Below, in pieces: positions 26,355 to 36,461 of a stretch of 64,000 nt of DNA (position 1 is its first letter; each line of letters starts with the position of its first letter). This stretch comes from a virus (lineage: Duplodnaviria; Caudoviricetes), in the IMG/VR virus record IMGVR_UViG_3300048861_000178, positions 160,001-224,000 of that record; one strand, written 5' to 3'. Under the pieces are notes generated by a model that saw only the letters and a list, made by a program, of their open reading frames with translations, ran no database searches and was not told the DNA's origin. Position numbers and translations under genes: made by a program.

Positions 26355-27533
26355 ATGTCTTATCCCCCGATGAGCAGTCCGACGTTCTTCGGTGACGTCG
26401 CGCCTGGCGACGCCGTGGGCGAGGCATGGGGTGGGAATTTGATTCATGCGTGTCGTCGGGTCTCCTTCATCAACAACACCAGTGTGCCGATTACGGTGGT
26501 GCAAAGGTCTGGTCTTAGGGTCTCCATTCCCCCTAAACCCAGCTTTCGCAGCAGCGGCTTTGTCATACGTGCTGAGTGGGCGATTTCTGCAGAAGTAAAA
26601 GAAAACGTGCGCGCAGTATTAAATGGAGTTGATGATCGTTCGTCTCAAGAGCTGCAGTTGCTCAAGAAAGCGCTCCAGGAATCTGACGAAAAACAGGGGT
26701 TTTATGCCCCTGCAAAATTAATACTGGACCACCCAATCAGTGTAGAGCAAATTAAGAGCCACGGTCGAAGCGTGTATCATCACGAATCGGACTTGGTGAT
26801 CAGTTTGCTAAGTGTGCAGGCCGCGCCGTTACACCCCTACAGCGAGGCAGGCCGCAATGCAAAGATGATGGTGGACACCCCAGTACGGGTAGGAGGTTCG
26901 AGCTTCGGTTACTGTGTAGAGATTGTGGATAACACCGGCAGGTTCGGTGACCGCTTTCTCAACATCGTGAACACAGTGTATCGTGTTCGACCGATTCGTG
27001 ACCCGACCCGACGCAATGGAATCTACATTGGCTCAAGCACACCGGACACAGGCGTCTTTCAGCCCGGTGAGTACACAGTCAAGTTCCTTCCGCTCGATAG
27101 CCCAGACCAAGACCAGTACGGCCTCTTTAAGAGTTACGAGGAGGCCGAGCATTTGGGTGATCTGTCTGGCGCCCGGAAACGGGAGTTAGCAGAGATCGAG
27201 CACGCCACCGCTCACCTTCGGCGAGAGAACGATCAGCTGAAGCAGCAACATGCGCTAGAAATTAGTGAGTGGGAGTTCAAATTGAAGCACGCCGAAGCTC
27301 TTCAGAAGGAGGCAGACTTTAAGCGCGAGCGCCGAGAGTCTGAGTTGGAAGAGGAGAGAAAGCGTATCGAGCACTTCTTAGCGCTTGAGAAGCTGAGGAT
27401 GAAGGACCGCTACGAGGAGCGCAGCTTGGACAGGAAAGACCGCAGTGAAGTAGTAAAGATGTTACCGACAATCATAGTCGGAATCGGGGCAGCCATCCCA
27501 ATCGTCATGAAACTGTTCGGCAAGAGCAGCTAG
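26355..27533 (+). CDS. conserved phiKZ-like protein (gp122-like) with C-terminal coiled coil and hydrophobic tail
   Basis: GAGGGA SD before ATG 26355; position between capsid and RNAP subunit genes. Confidence 0.7.
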   Translation: MSYPPMSSPTFFGDVAPGDAVGEAWGGNLIHACRRVSFINNTSVPITVVQRSGLRVSIPPKPSFRSSGFVIRAEWAISAEVKENVRAVLNGVDDRSSQELQLLKKALQESDEKQGFYAPAKLILDHPISVEQIKSHGRSVYHHESDLVISLLSVQAAPLHPYSEAGRNAKMMVDTPVRVGGSSFGYCVEIVDNTGRFGDRFLNIVNTVYRVRPIRDPTRRNGIYIGSSTPDTGVFQPGEYTVKFLPLDSPDQDQYGLFKSYEEAEHLGDLSGARKRELAEIEHATAHLRRENDQLKQQHALEISEWEFKLKHAEALQKEADFKRERRESELEEERKRIEHFLALEKLRMKDRYEERSLDRKDRSEVVKMLPTIIVGIGAAIPIVMKLFGKSS

Positions 27534-27588
27534 TGACGCTAAGAGGATGCAGTTAAATGCGCAAGATTGATAGGATTGACCAAAGCGA

Positions 27589-29289
27589 ATGGACCGCGAA
27601 CTTTCTCGGCTAATTGATCAACACACCCCCAAATTGAATCCGGATTTGGCGGGCGGCTTAGCACAGAAGCACATGCAGGAAGCTGAAGGCTGGGTTGACT
27701 CGGTATTCCGAGCCGTGGCTAAAGGCTTTCCGGATGGCTTCACCTACGTGAGAGGAGAGCGCTGTACCCCACAGGAGGAATTCGACGAGGCAACTCGGAA
27801 GAAGAACAACAAACGGATGTTCGATGTGGCCAGGTCGGACATTTACATGATGAAGTACATCTTTCGCCATACCGACAAGAACGGTAAGACGGAGGAGATC
27901 AAGCGGTACATGTATCTCCCGTTTGTGTCCGATGCTGGTGTGATTTATCTCGGCGGCTCACGCTTTGTGATCTCGCCGATTTTGGCCGACCGAGTGATCT
28001 CGAAGGGGGAAGACTCCATCTTCGTGAAGCTCATCCGTGCGAAGCTGACGTTCCAGCGCGAGCAGCAGCATTATCTCGCAAACGATGTCACGGGGCGTGA
28101 TTTCCGTGAGACCGTTCACGTGGCCTGGTCCTTGGTGTACAACAAGAACCAGAAGATGCAAAAGCTCAAGCCCGTCATCAAGGCGAACACGACGCTGGTC
28201 CACTACTTGCTGTGTAAGTATGGATTTGCGGAAATGTTCCAGCGCTTCGGCGGTACCGTGCCGATCGTGGGGGATGCGAGCACCATTAGCGAAGCGGAGT
28301 ATCCGCCAAGCGACTGGGTGATCGTGAAGACCAATACCCACACCCGGCCTGCACGCACGTATACGCTTAAGCAGTATACGCCGACGACGATTCGCCTGGC
28401 TATCCGCCGGGAGGAATACACGCCGATGGTCAAAAACCTGGTGTGTGGGTTCTTCTACATCGTCGATCACTTCCCGAGCCGCGTCCAGCCGAAGTATCTG
28501 GGCACGATCGATGCACCCAAGCCTCGGGAGCGTGCTTTGTGGATGATTCTGATGGGTCATCTGCTGTTCTCCAGCAACGTCACCGAAGGGAAGCTGGAGG
28601 ACGACATCGCTGAGCACATCCGCAGTCTGGATGAGTACATCGATGAGGTGATGAAGATCAAGTTCCGCGACATCGGGATGCCGATCGAGGACATTTACCA
28701 GCTCTTCGGTATTGTGCTCGAGAACTTCCAGGACTGGATTCTCGCGGCGCGTGATCACGTCAGTAGCATGTACGACAAGGAATTGTCGGTGCTGTATTAC
28801 GTGCTGGACGAAATCACCAAGCAAATCAACAAGTTCTACTTCAAGCTGAAGGCGGCTTCGAAGAAGGAACTGAACACGAAAGAAATCACGACCATGATGA
28901 ACCAGACGCTCCGGACCGGTCTGGTGTACTCGATCACCAAGAAGCACGGTGAGGTTTCGACGATTTCGTGTCCTGGCGACAACAAGGCGTTCAAGACGAC
29001 CGCCCAGTTGGTGCCGCAAACGAGCTCCAGTCGCCAAACGGGGCGGAAGGACAACGCAGCAATCAGCGACCCGACGAAGAAGATCCACATTTCGGTGTGT
29101 GAAGTCGGCGGGTATGCGAATCTGCCGAAGAGTGATCCTTCCGGGCATGCACGCTTGAATCCGCATCTGCATACGGACTCCAAGGGTGTCGTGCTGCGCG
29201 ACCCAGCTCTCATTGAGTTGCTGGACTCCACCCAGGTCAAGCTGAAACCCTACGGTAGTCGGGTCCGTCAATTCAGTGCGTCTCACTAA
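27589..29289 (+). CDS. non-virion RNA polymerase beta-type subunit (phiKZ gp123-like)
   Basis: YLPFV..G...L.GS...ISP.LAD.VIS; PGDN, H.S..EVG...LPKS.P.G..RLNP; gene order. Confidence 0.85.
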   Translation: MDRELSRLIDQHTPKLNPDLAGGLAQKHMQEAEGWVDSVFRAVAKGFPDGFTYVRGERCTPQEEFDEATRKKNNKRMFDVARSDIYMMKYIFRHTDKNGKTEEIKRYMYLPFVSDAGVIYLGGSRFVISPILADRVISKGEDSIFVKLIRAKLTFQREQQHYLANDVTGRDFRETVHVAWSLVYNKNQKMQKLKPVIKANTTLVHYLLCKYGFAEMFQRFGGTVPIVGDASTISEAEYPPSDWVIVKTNTHTRPARTYTLKQYTPTTIRLAIRREEYTPMVKNLVCGFFYIVDHFPSRVQPKYLGTIDAPKPRERALWMILMGHLLFSSNVTEGKLEDDIAEHIRSLDEYIDEVMKIKFRDIGMPIEDIYQLFGIVLENFQDWILAARDHVSSMYDKELSVLYYVLDEITKQINKFYFKLKAASKKELNTKEITTMMNQTLRTGLVYSITKKHGEVSTISCPGDNKAFKTTAQLVPQTSSSRQTGRKDNAAISDPTKKIHISVCEVGGYANLPKSDPSGHARLNPHLHTDSKGVVLRDPALIELLDSTQVKLKPYGSRVRQFSASH

Positions 29290-29344
29290 AAGCGCTCGGT
29301 AGACGTATCGAGTGTAAGCAAAAAACAAGGAAAGGAAACAAACC

Positions 29345-31417
29345 ATGGTTATGTCAAATGCGGGTCTGCCTGCGGACCCTTACAATCCAGAACGCGCTCC
29401 ACTGCCTATCGCCATCAACAATCCGCCCTGTGTCCCGCAGTTTCCGCATCCGGGATTCATGGCTGACTTGGTGCCGGTGATTTCGGCAGCAGTCGCGCTC
29501 GATTTTCAAACGAATGCGCCCAATAGTCCGCCGCGGACAATGGCGTACAACGTGGTGTCCCGTAACGGCTACCAAAACGAGGTGTTCGCAGGTCTCGTGA
29601 TGGGTGTCGTCGACTGGGTGCTGCTCGGGTTAGCGAGCAACAAGTTCCAGAATCCGGAACAAGCTGCGCAGGCGCTGATTCCGAAGATGGTCGAGATGTA
29701 TGTGGCAAACCAAGTGGTGCAGTACGCGGAGCTGCAACAAGGGGTGCCGCCACAGATGCAGGCGCATATCACCGGTCTCGTTCAGATGGCAAACGACATC
29801 CAGAACGAAATCAATGCGTTCAAGAACAGTCCCGTTTACGCGCAGATGATGCAAGGCGGCGCGCCGCAAGGCGGGGCAGGGGCAGGCTGGGGCAATCAAG
29901 GCGGTGGCAATCAGTGGGGTGGCGCACGTCAGTGGGGCAACTCCGGTGGTGGCCAACAATGGGGGAACCAGCAGCAACAGTCGCGCTGGGGCAACCAGGG
30001 GGGCGGTGGCTGGAATCAACAACGTCCTCCTGCGCGGCAGTTTGCCGGTTCTCTGAACCAAGGTGGAACGTCGGGCCTGTTCTCCGGGGGCGTGCAGTAT
30101 GGCGAACCCGCCCAGGAAAGCGGCAGCTTTAACACGAGCCGTTTCGACAAGAAGCCGGGTGACAACCAAGGACCTTCCGTGCCGAACGTGAAGACGTCCT
30201 GGGTACCGCCAAGCGAACGTAGTGAGTCCGCGCCCACAGCCAAGCCTGCAACGCAGGTGGAAACGAAACCGGCCGGTAACGAGCCGGAGCATATCGACTC
30301 CACGAAACTGGTGTGGAGGCCGTCGGTGCGTCAACCGTATGCACTGGCGTACAACCCTCGTACCAGTCTGTTGTATCTGCAAAAGCAGGCCGACGGCACT
30401 GTCTTCCAACTCGTGAAAGAAAGGACGGACTCTTCGATGGACCGTGAAAAGCATCGCCTCCCAACTACATTCGGCAGCGTGCCGAAGTACATCGATACCA
30501 ACAAATCGGCCCAGACGCTCACGCGCATTGCGGCCGGGGTGAAGGAACTGACCGAGAAGGTCGGCGATGGGGAAGCGGGCGAAGCACCGCCGAAGAAGCC
30601 GCTCGTGCAAGTGGTGGAAGACATCTGGGTGTTGGAGCCGACGCTGGATCTGGCGTGGCTGCAAGGCACGCTCAAGTGCATGGCGGTGACGAAGGACAGC
30701 GAGCAAGTGCCGGATGTGTATCGCATCCGTGCGCAAGTGGCTGAGCCCTTTGTGTCGCTGAAGGACGAAAGCGGTGCATTGCAATCGTTCGCGCAAGCGA
30801 AGAGCTATGCAGAACTCGCGGAAATGATGAAATCGGTCGAAGGCGTGATGAATGGTTCGCTCTATGGGGCCATCAATCGCAAGCTCACCGAGATGATCAA
30901 CCGCGTGCTCGCGCAGTCGCTCTCCATCGGCGACATTCGCATCCACAGCTTCGCGGAAGATGTCGCGGATCTGCCGGGCGTGATCGAGAAGTGGTACGGT
31001 GAAACGTTCTCGGTGGTCTTCCTGGGTAACCAGACGAAGAACATTCGCGCAGCGTTTGCCGAGTTCTTGCATCCGGATGACGAAGCCGCATTGTCGGATC
31101 TGTTGCTCAGCGAGCGCGATTATTCGGGCGATCGTCCCCCGAAGCTCACGTATCTCACGTCGAACTACACGTTCACGTACCTGAGCGCAGCGGCCGTGGA
31201 GCTGGAACTCGAACTCGATCCGAAGGACCGGATCGCGTCGTTGATCACCAGCGACATGCCGGAGCTGTACAGTCTGACGGAAAGCATCTTCCAAGCGACG
31301 AGCGGCATCGATGATAACTTCTACCGGCATTTCATCCGCACGGCAGATGACCACATCCTCGAAGTCACCCTCGGCTACTTGGGCAGTGATGCGTACCTGA
31401 TCCGCAAGATCCGTTAA
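29345..31417 (+). CDS. conserved phiKZ-like protein (gp124-like by position) with a WG/Q-rich low-complexity segment
   Basis: 690-aa ORF downstream of the RNAP subunit; AAGGA SD. Confidence 0.75.
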   Translation: MVMSNAGLPADPYNPERAPLPIAINNPPCVPQFPHPGFMADLVPVISAAVALDFQTNAPNSPPRTMAYNVVSRNGYQNEVFAGLVMGVVDWVLLGLASNKFQNPEQAAQALIPKMVEMYVANQVVQYAELQQGVPPQMQAHITGLVQMANDIQNEINAFKNSPVYAQMMQGGAPQGGAGAGWGNQGGGNQWGGARQWGNSGGGQQWGNQQQQSRWGNQGGGGWNQQRPPARQFAGSLNQGGTSGLFSGGVQYGEPAQESGSFNTSRFDKKPGDNQGPSVPNVKTSWVPPSERSESAPTAKPATQVETKPAGNEPEHIDSTKLVWRPSVRQPYALAYNPRTSLLYLQKQADGTVFQLVKERTDSSMDREKHRLPTTFGSVPKYIDTNKSAQTLTRIAAGVKELTEKVGDGEAGEAPPKKPLVQVVEDIWVLEPTLDLAWLQGTLKCMAVTKDSEQVPDVYRIRAQVAEPFVSLKDESGALQSFAQAKSYAELAEMMKSVEGVMNGSLYGAINRKLTEMINRVLAQSLSIGDIRIHSFAEDVADLPGVIEKWYGETFSVVFLGNQTKNIRAAFAEFLHPDDEAALSDLLLSERDYSGDRPPKLTYLTSNYTFTYLSAAAVELELELDPKDRIASLITSDMPELYSLTESIFQATSGIDDNFYRHFIRTADDHILEVTLGYLGSDAYLIRKIR

Positions 31418-31425
31418 CGATCGAG

Positions 31426-31468
31426 CGGCATAGCGCCTGGGGAGTGATCCCCAGGCCTTTCTTTTTTG
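31426..31468 (+). terminator. Rho-independent terminator
   Basis: CGGCATA..GCCTGGGGA-GTGA-TCCCCAGGC followed by a T-rich tract. Confidence 0.8.
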
Positions 31469-31626
31469 TTCATCGACAGCAGGCCAAACGGACCCCCTGA
31501 CCATGATTGCGCAGCGTAACGTGTTTCTTAACGCGGGTGGTGACGGGGCCTAAGGCTCATCCATAACGAGACAAGGATTTTTTTCCTTGTCTCGGTTTAT
31601 GCCCTAACGATAACCAGGAGAGTGTT

Positions 31627-32007
31627 GTGACGGTAGAAAGTAATCGTCCGTTTGCGGACTTAATCACGCAGTACGTGGTGTTTCGTCAGGCACTCACGGG
31701 TTGCAAAGTGAAAAACTCGCTCACGAAAGTTCTCGTGACCCATAAGGACGATGCGGAAACGGGCGAGCACCATACCGAGCTGCTCATGGCTGAGCTCGTC
31801 GGGCAAGAGCCGCTGGATCTGAAAGGCTACCTCAGCGTAATGGAGCGCGAAGGTTTGCGCATGGCGCGGGTGAAGGTGATGCGTCATGTCGTCGGGGCCC
31901 GCAATGACGACATCGAAGTAGCGGAGCTGTGGGTGAATGCGGAGAACATTTCCGACTACCTGATTCGTTTTTACCTCTATTTAGCAACCGACTTCTGGGA
32001 GAGTTAA
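31627..32007 (+). CDS. hypothetical phage protein
   Basis: AGGAG SD before GTG. Confidence 0.75.
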   Translation: MTVESNRPFADLITQYVVFRQALTGCKVKNSLTKVLVTHKDDAETGEHHTELLMAELVGQEPLDLKGYLSVMEREGLRMARVKVMRHVVGARNDDIEVAELWVNAENISDYLIRFYLYLATDFWES

Positions 32008-32008
32008 C

Positions 32009-32401
32009 ATGGCACAGCTGAACATGGACTTGGTGGGGCCGCTCGATGTGGGTGAGGATGCGATGAGTATCGTCATCACCGGCGGCACAGAGCGCGCCCG
32101 CTGGGTCGCCAAAGAGGTGGTCTTTGGGGCCTTGGAAGGCGCAGGCTTTCAGCACGTCGATTACATTCCGGATCACAAGGAGCAGATGCCGTCCGAGAAT
32201 GTGACCACGCTTTTGGAAGAGTGTCAGATACTCAATCCCGAAATCTTTACCACCGCAATTACCGTGGAAACTGCCCGGCAAGCGTTTGAACCGGACATTC
32301 CCAACGAGGCGGCCTGGAACCGGATCACCAATCCGAGTCCGCCCGATGGACCCATCAAAGCCATCGAGATTCAGGGTGGTGTGACCACCATTCGTTTTTA
32401 G
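32009..32401 (+). CDS. small paralog-family protein (GF..V / LL..(M/C)..(L/A)NP.(L/I)F), copy 1
   Basis: SIVITGG...AGFQHV...TLLEECQILNPEIF. Confidence 0.8.
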   Translation: MAQLNMDLVGPLDVGEDAMSIVITGGTERARWVAKEVVFGALEGAGFQHVDYIPDHKEQMPSENVTTLLEECQILNPEIFTTAITVETARQAFEPDIPNEAAWNRITNPSPPDGPIKAIEIQGGVTTIRF

Positions 32402-32439
32402 CGTAGTCAGTACAGGTTAGAAAGACAGGGAAAAAGAGA

Positions 32440-33600
32440 ATGAAAATCCTACCGTTGCACACCCCCTTTAACCGTTACCACTTTGTCGACGATCAGTACA
32501 ATCTCGGCGAAGCAGAAGCGCTCACCGCGCACGTCTCGGTCTATACGTCGGCGATGCGCTTTAACATGAACATTCCCTTCACCGACCTGGCACGCAGTGA
32601 GGAACTCGTCGCGCAGGAAGTGATTCGCCCGAGCTGGGGGGTTGATCCGACGAACCCGCGTTTGTACGGCGTGGTGTTCAAGCTGCCCGATTGCGAGAAG
32701 GCGGTGACTTCGGCCATCGGGCTGAATGTGGCAGATGCCCGGTTCGTCCCCGCTTCGCAAACCGACTTCTGTCAACTGGCGATCGAAAACAAGCGCATTC
32801 CGTTTGTGATTGGTCTGAAGGAACTGGCGACCTGGACCACGGTCGAATCGCGCCCGCCAATGCTGCAGCGCATGATGGCTGAAGAGATGTATGTGCGATT
32901 GGAGATGGAGCTCTCAGGGACGCTCAATATCAAGAGCGGCAACCTGCGCGTCATCCAGCTCACGCCCGTGCATGTGTCGGCGGTGCTCGACCGTAAAGGC
33001 CGCCTGCTTGATCTGGAAGCGGACGAATTCGTCACCTCACTGGTGGCGTATTTCACGCAAGCCGAGCCGATCGGTTTCTGGATGGATGCAGACTGGCTCG
33101 AGTTGCAGCCGCAAGTGTCCTACCAGTTCGAAATGGAGGATGCGTGCTCAGCCGGTCGTGGGCTGGCGCTGCTGGTCAAGGGCGTCGTCGGTGCCTACGA
33201 CTGTACTGGCTATGCTGCGGACGTCTGCGAGCCCACTGAGAGCGCCTACGGCACTACCACGGTGTATCTGGACCCGATGGAGGGCAAGCCCAAGTGGAAA
33301 GTGGTGATCGAGGAGGGGTTCGATCTCCAACCCGGCTGGGTCAATGTGGAATTCTTCGGGCAAGCGGGGGAGCTCCTTAAGCTCAGTAGCATCGCGCGCT
33401 TTGAAAAGATCCCACAGGTGTACGTGGGACAGTGGGCAGGTGCCATCGGCATGTTCTTAGTCGATGGGGACTCACATCGTGTGAATCTCACCCTGCCCGC
33501 GATTGTGCCTGACCACACCACGTGGGCTGAGATCGAAAAGAACCCCGAGGCATTCTCCATCGAACTGCACCGGGCTCGTAAGTTCCAGACCACGGAGTAA
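32440..33600 (+). CDS. protein with an N-terminal domain homologous to an internal capsid-protein domain
   Basis: residues ~35-217 align by eye with capsid residues ~267-445. Confidence 0.7.
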   Translation: MKILPLHTPFNRYHFVDDQYNLGEAEALTAHVSVYTSAMRFNMNIPFTDLARSEELVAQEVIRPSWGVDPTNPRLYGVVFKLPDCEKAVTSAIGLNVADARFVPASQTDFCQLAIENKRIPFVIGLKELATWTTVESRPPMLQRMMAEEMYVRLEMELSGTLNIKSGNLRVIQLTPVHVSAVLDRKGRLLDLEADEFVTSLVAYFTQAEPIGFWMDADWLELQPQVSYQFEMEDACSAGRGLALLVKGVVGAYDCTGYAADVCEPTESAYGTTTVYLDPMEGKPKWKVVIEEGFDLQPGWVNVEFFGQAGELLKLSSIARFEKIPQVYVGQWAGAIGMFLVDGDSHRVNLTLPAIVPDHTTWAEIEKNPEAFSIELHRARKFQTTE

Positions 33601-33606
33601 GCATTA

Positions 33607-34011
33607 ATGAGCGCCCGTAAGAAACCTGCCCTTCCTGAAACCGTTCCGATGGCTGATAACGTACCGAATCCGTTCGGCTACGCCATCATGGGAATTCTGC
33701 AGGCTAAGCTGTTAGCAGTACGCTCGGCGTATCCGAGCATTCAGCTGAAAACCATGTACGTGTGCGAGTCAGAAGACAGTCACGCACACACCCAGTTCTA
33801 CTTCATTGACTTAACCCGTATGGGCCAGCAAGTGCCGTACGTGTCGATGAGGGAGTACTATCGGGACGATGAACCGGGTACAGGGCGATTCTTTGATCTG
33901 TGGCTGCACGATGGTAAAACCGAAGAACTCTTCGTCGAGGCGATCGAAGAAGAGCTTCTCATTGCCGCTAACACGATCTGGGCGCATGTGGGTCTCTCGC
34001 AGCAGAAGTAA
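33607..34011 (+). CDS. hypothetical phage protein
   Basis: 134-aa ORF, GGAG SD. Confidence 0.75.
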   Translation: MSARKKPALPETVPMADNVPNPFGYAIMGILQAKLLAVRSAYPSIQLKTMYVCESEDSHAHTQFYFIDLTRMGQQVPYVSMREYYRDDEPGTGRFFDLWLHDGKTEELFVEAIEEELLIAANTIWAHVGLSQQK

Positions 34012-34089
34012 AACTTACGACGACTGAGCATGAGATGGAGGGTGCCTTCGGCCCCTCCGTCTTATGAGCCCTTCAAGGAAAGAATAGGC

Positions 34090-34527
34090 ATGACTCCTGA
34101 CGCAATCAATGTCATCATCGAAGCTCAGGGTGCCCAAACCCGACAGCTGGTGGCAAGTCTGATTCAAGACAAACTCCAGGAATCGGGGTTCACCCATGTC
34201 GACACTGGCATCGCCAGCCGCGACGACGAAACAAGCAAGGTGATCGAACGCTCCGCGCTTCCGAGCCTGCTTGACGAGATGCGTGCACTGAACCCGCGAC
34301 TGTTCGCGCGGCCGGTGAGCATCCTCGCTATGCCCTATAGCGAGAACCCTGTGGAAGCCACCGAGCCCCATCTGAGCACCATGGCGGACCACATCGACGT
34401 AACAGAACTCTCGGGCGACACGTCCGAACTCCAGCCCGGTCAAGGTCGTCTGAAAGACGGCACCATCATTGACCTCGCCACGTTCGTAGCACCAAAAGCA
34501 GTGCTACTCGACGAAGTTCTCGTCTAA
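34090..34527 (+). CDS. small paralog-family protein, copy 2
   Basis: INVIIEA...SGFTHV...SLLDEMRALNPRLF. Confidence 0.8.
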   Translation: MTPDAINVIIEAQGAQTRQLVASLIQDKLQESGFTHVDTGIASRDDETSKVIERSALPSLLDEMRALNPRLFARPVSILAMPYSENPVEATEPHLSTMADHIDVTELSGDTSELQPGQGRLKDGTIIDLATFVAPKAVLLDEVLV

Positions 34528-34557
34528 CAAAAACCCATCACGAACAGGAACAGTATC

Positions 34558-34971
34558 ATGAAGGAATTTGCTCGCATTATGAACAACGTAACTAAGAACG
34601 ACAGCGGTGCGGGTGTCATCATCGCGTCAGACAACATCAGTCAGCGACAGGCGATCGCGGTTGCGGTCAATAAAGGCCTGGCTGACGCAGGTTTCACCAA
34701 CGTGGCGATCCATGTCGACAAGAGCGACGATCCGACGCGTGTGGATGTGGACCTCTCGAACGCGGACACGCTCCTCGGCTCGATGAAGGCCCTGAACCCG
34801 CAGCTCTTCGATGCACCCATCGCCATCGTTGCCACCGCGGGCGGCAGTGCGGCGCTGGATCTCGTCACGGACATGATTGAAGACGCCAAGGAAGAACTCG
34901 GCGACGGCGCAGGTCTGAACGACGCAATCCGGGTGAGCAAGCCCGAAGCAGCTACGGTCATCGTGCAGTAA
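34558..34971 (+). CDS. small paralog-family protein, copy 3
   Basis: GVIIAS...AGFTNV...TLLGSMKALNPQLF. Confidence 0.8.
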   Translation: MKEFARIMNNVTKNDSGAGVIIASDNISQRQAIAVAVNKGLADAGFTNVAIHVDKSDDPTRVDVDLSNADTLLGSMKALNPQLFDAPIAIVATAGGSAALDLVTDMIEDAKEELGDGAGLNDAIRVSKPEAATVIVQ

Positions 34972-34999
34972 ACGACGCAGTAAAACAAGGAGGAAGGAA

Positions 35000-35368
35000 A
35001 TGGAACAGCAAGAAGATGCGGTTGCCAGTGTCGTCATCGAGTCGGATAACAACGAACTCGCGCTGGCGCTCGGCAAAGTCGTGGGTCATGCGATCCAGAA
35101 CGTCGGCTTCACCAACGTCACCGTTACTCATCATGCGGATATGAGTAGCGAGGCCGCGGGTGACCCGCAAACGGACTTCGAGCAAGGCAAGTCGTTGCTC
35201 GATGCGATGGCGGACGCCAATCCGGCGCTCTTCCATCGTCGTATCGAAGTCGTGAGTGCCTGTCTCGAGCCGGAGCTCGAAGTGGAGATGGACCTGCCAC
35301 CCAACGAGGCTGCGGATCTGGAAGTCGCGCTCGAACTGGATCGCGACGAGGTGAGTGAGCGCGATTAA
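35000..35368 (+). CDS. small paralog-family protein, copy 4
   Basis: SVVIES...VGFTNV...SLLDAMADANPALF. Confidence 0.8.
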   Translation: MEQQEDAVASVVIESDNNELALALGKVVGHAIQNVGFTNVTVTHHADMSSEAAGDPQTDFEQGKSLLDAMADANPALFHRRIEVVSACLEPELEVEMDLPPNEAADLEVALELDRDEVSERD

Positions 35369-35380
35369 AAGGGAGGAGTG

Positions 35381-35860
35381 ATGGACGCACCTGTGAACAT
35401 CGTGGTGGAATCGCGCGATGGGAAGAGTGCGGAGTTAGTAGGTCGGGCTATTAGCCAGTCACTGAAGGACACGTACGGCTTTAAGCGCGTCACGGTCGGT
35501 CATGTGGTAGCTGATACGCCTGGCTTTCGTGCTTGGCACAGCAGCACCGAGGTGCAGGAAGAGCCTCAGTCGCTGTTGGAAGCCATGCAGGAAGCTAACC
35601 CGCAGTTGTTTGAACAGCCCGTGACCATTATCAGTCGCGAGCAACCTTTGAAGGCGTTTTCCGACCCGGTGGCAGAGGTGTCCGGCTTCGTCGAGGCCAT
35701 GAATGATGAAGGCGTTACTTTCGCAGAAGCCCAAGGGTTGCAAGACGTGACCTTTAAACTGCCAGGTGAACCCGCGAAACCAGCCCAAGCGGACGTCGAA
35801 GGTTTCGTTAAGGCGGCCGAGATGCTGGGTATACGGGTCGAAAAAGTCATTAGCCTGTAG
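35381..35860 (+). CDS. small paralog-family protein, copy 5
   Basis: NIVVES...YGFKRV...SLLEAMQEANPQLF. Confidence 0.8.
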   Translation: MDAPVNIVVESRDGKSAELVGRAISQSLKDTYGFKRVTVGHVVADTPGFRAWHSSTEVQEEPQSLLEAMQEANPQLFEQPVTIISREQPLKAFSDPVAEVSGFVEAMNDEGVTFAEAQGLQDVTFKLPGEPAKPAQADVEGFVKAAEMLGIRVEKVISL

Positions 35861-35934
35861 TATTTTCCCTTGAGGCGAGGAGGCTGCGGCTTCCTCGCTA
35901 CTTATAACGCTTATGTCTTAGTTGAATAAAAAAC

Positions 35935-36438
35935 ATGGAACTCTTTGATTTCACCAATGCCGGTAATGAATTCGGCGTCAAGCTGATCGAGGCTTTGAAC
36001 TCCCAGATCATCTCGAAGAAGGTCTTCCCCTTCGGCACCGTTAAGGAAAAGCTGTATGCCTCAACGGGCTGGGGTGATATGGAAATTCGCTTCGGCGCAA
36101 CCTCGGGCAGCGAAGCCGCTGAACGCGAGGTGCGTATCCGGGCGCGGCAGTTCACGGGCTTCTTTGAAGTGCGCTTTATGCGCTCGGTCTCGCAAGAGTA
36201 TGCCCCGCGTTTTTACAATCGGGCGCGAGAACAGGAGCGTGCCCTGGCAGACATGATTAGCTGGCTCGGCTACGGCGAGCTCACGCAAGAGTACACTGAA
36301 GGGGCAGCCGAGTATCAGCGCTGGCTGGACGGCGTGGGGGAACCGACGCCCAACAGCGTGCTGGGTCTTATCATCAACGCGGGCTTTCGCCTCGGGGACC
36401 GCGCCTTGTTGCAAGAGATCGAGCACGCTACCGCTTAA
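35935..36438 (+). CDS. hypothetical phage protein
   Basis: 167-aa ORF following a hairpin. Confidence 0.75.
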   Translation: MELFDFTNAGNEFGVKLIEALNSQIISKKVFPFGTVKEKLYASTGWGDMEIRFGATSGSEAAEREVRIRARQFTGFFEVRFMRSVSQEYAPRFYNRAREQERALADMISWLGYGELTQEYTEGAAEYQRWLDGVGEPTPNSVLGLIINAGFRLGDRALLQEIEHATA

Positions 36439-36461
36439 CGTAACGCTTTCAGGAGAACAGG

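Noticed and set aside
27589-29289. Intron or intein in the RNAP subunit, DnaB or helicase genes
   Set aside because: ORFs are continuous, of unremarkable size and show no splice motifs
31470-31560. Possible tRNA or ncRNA between two hairpins
   Set aside because: No cloverleaf, T-loop or other recognisable structure
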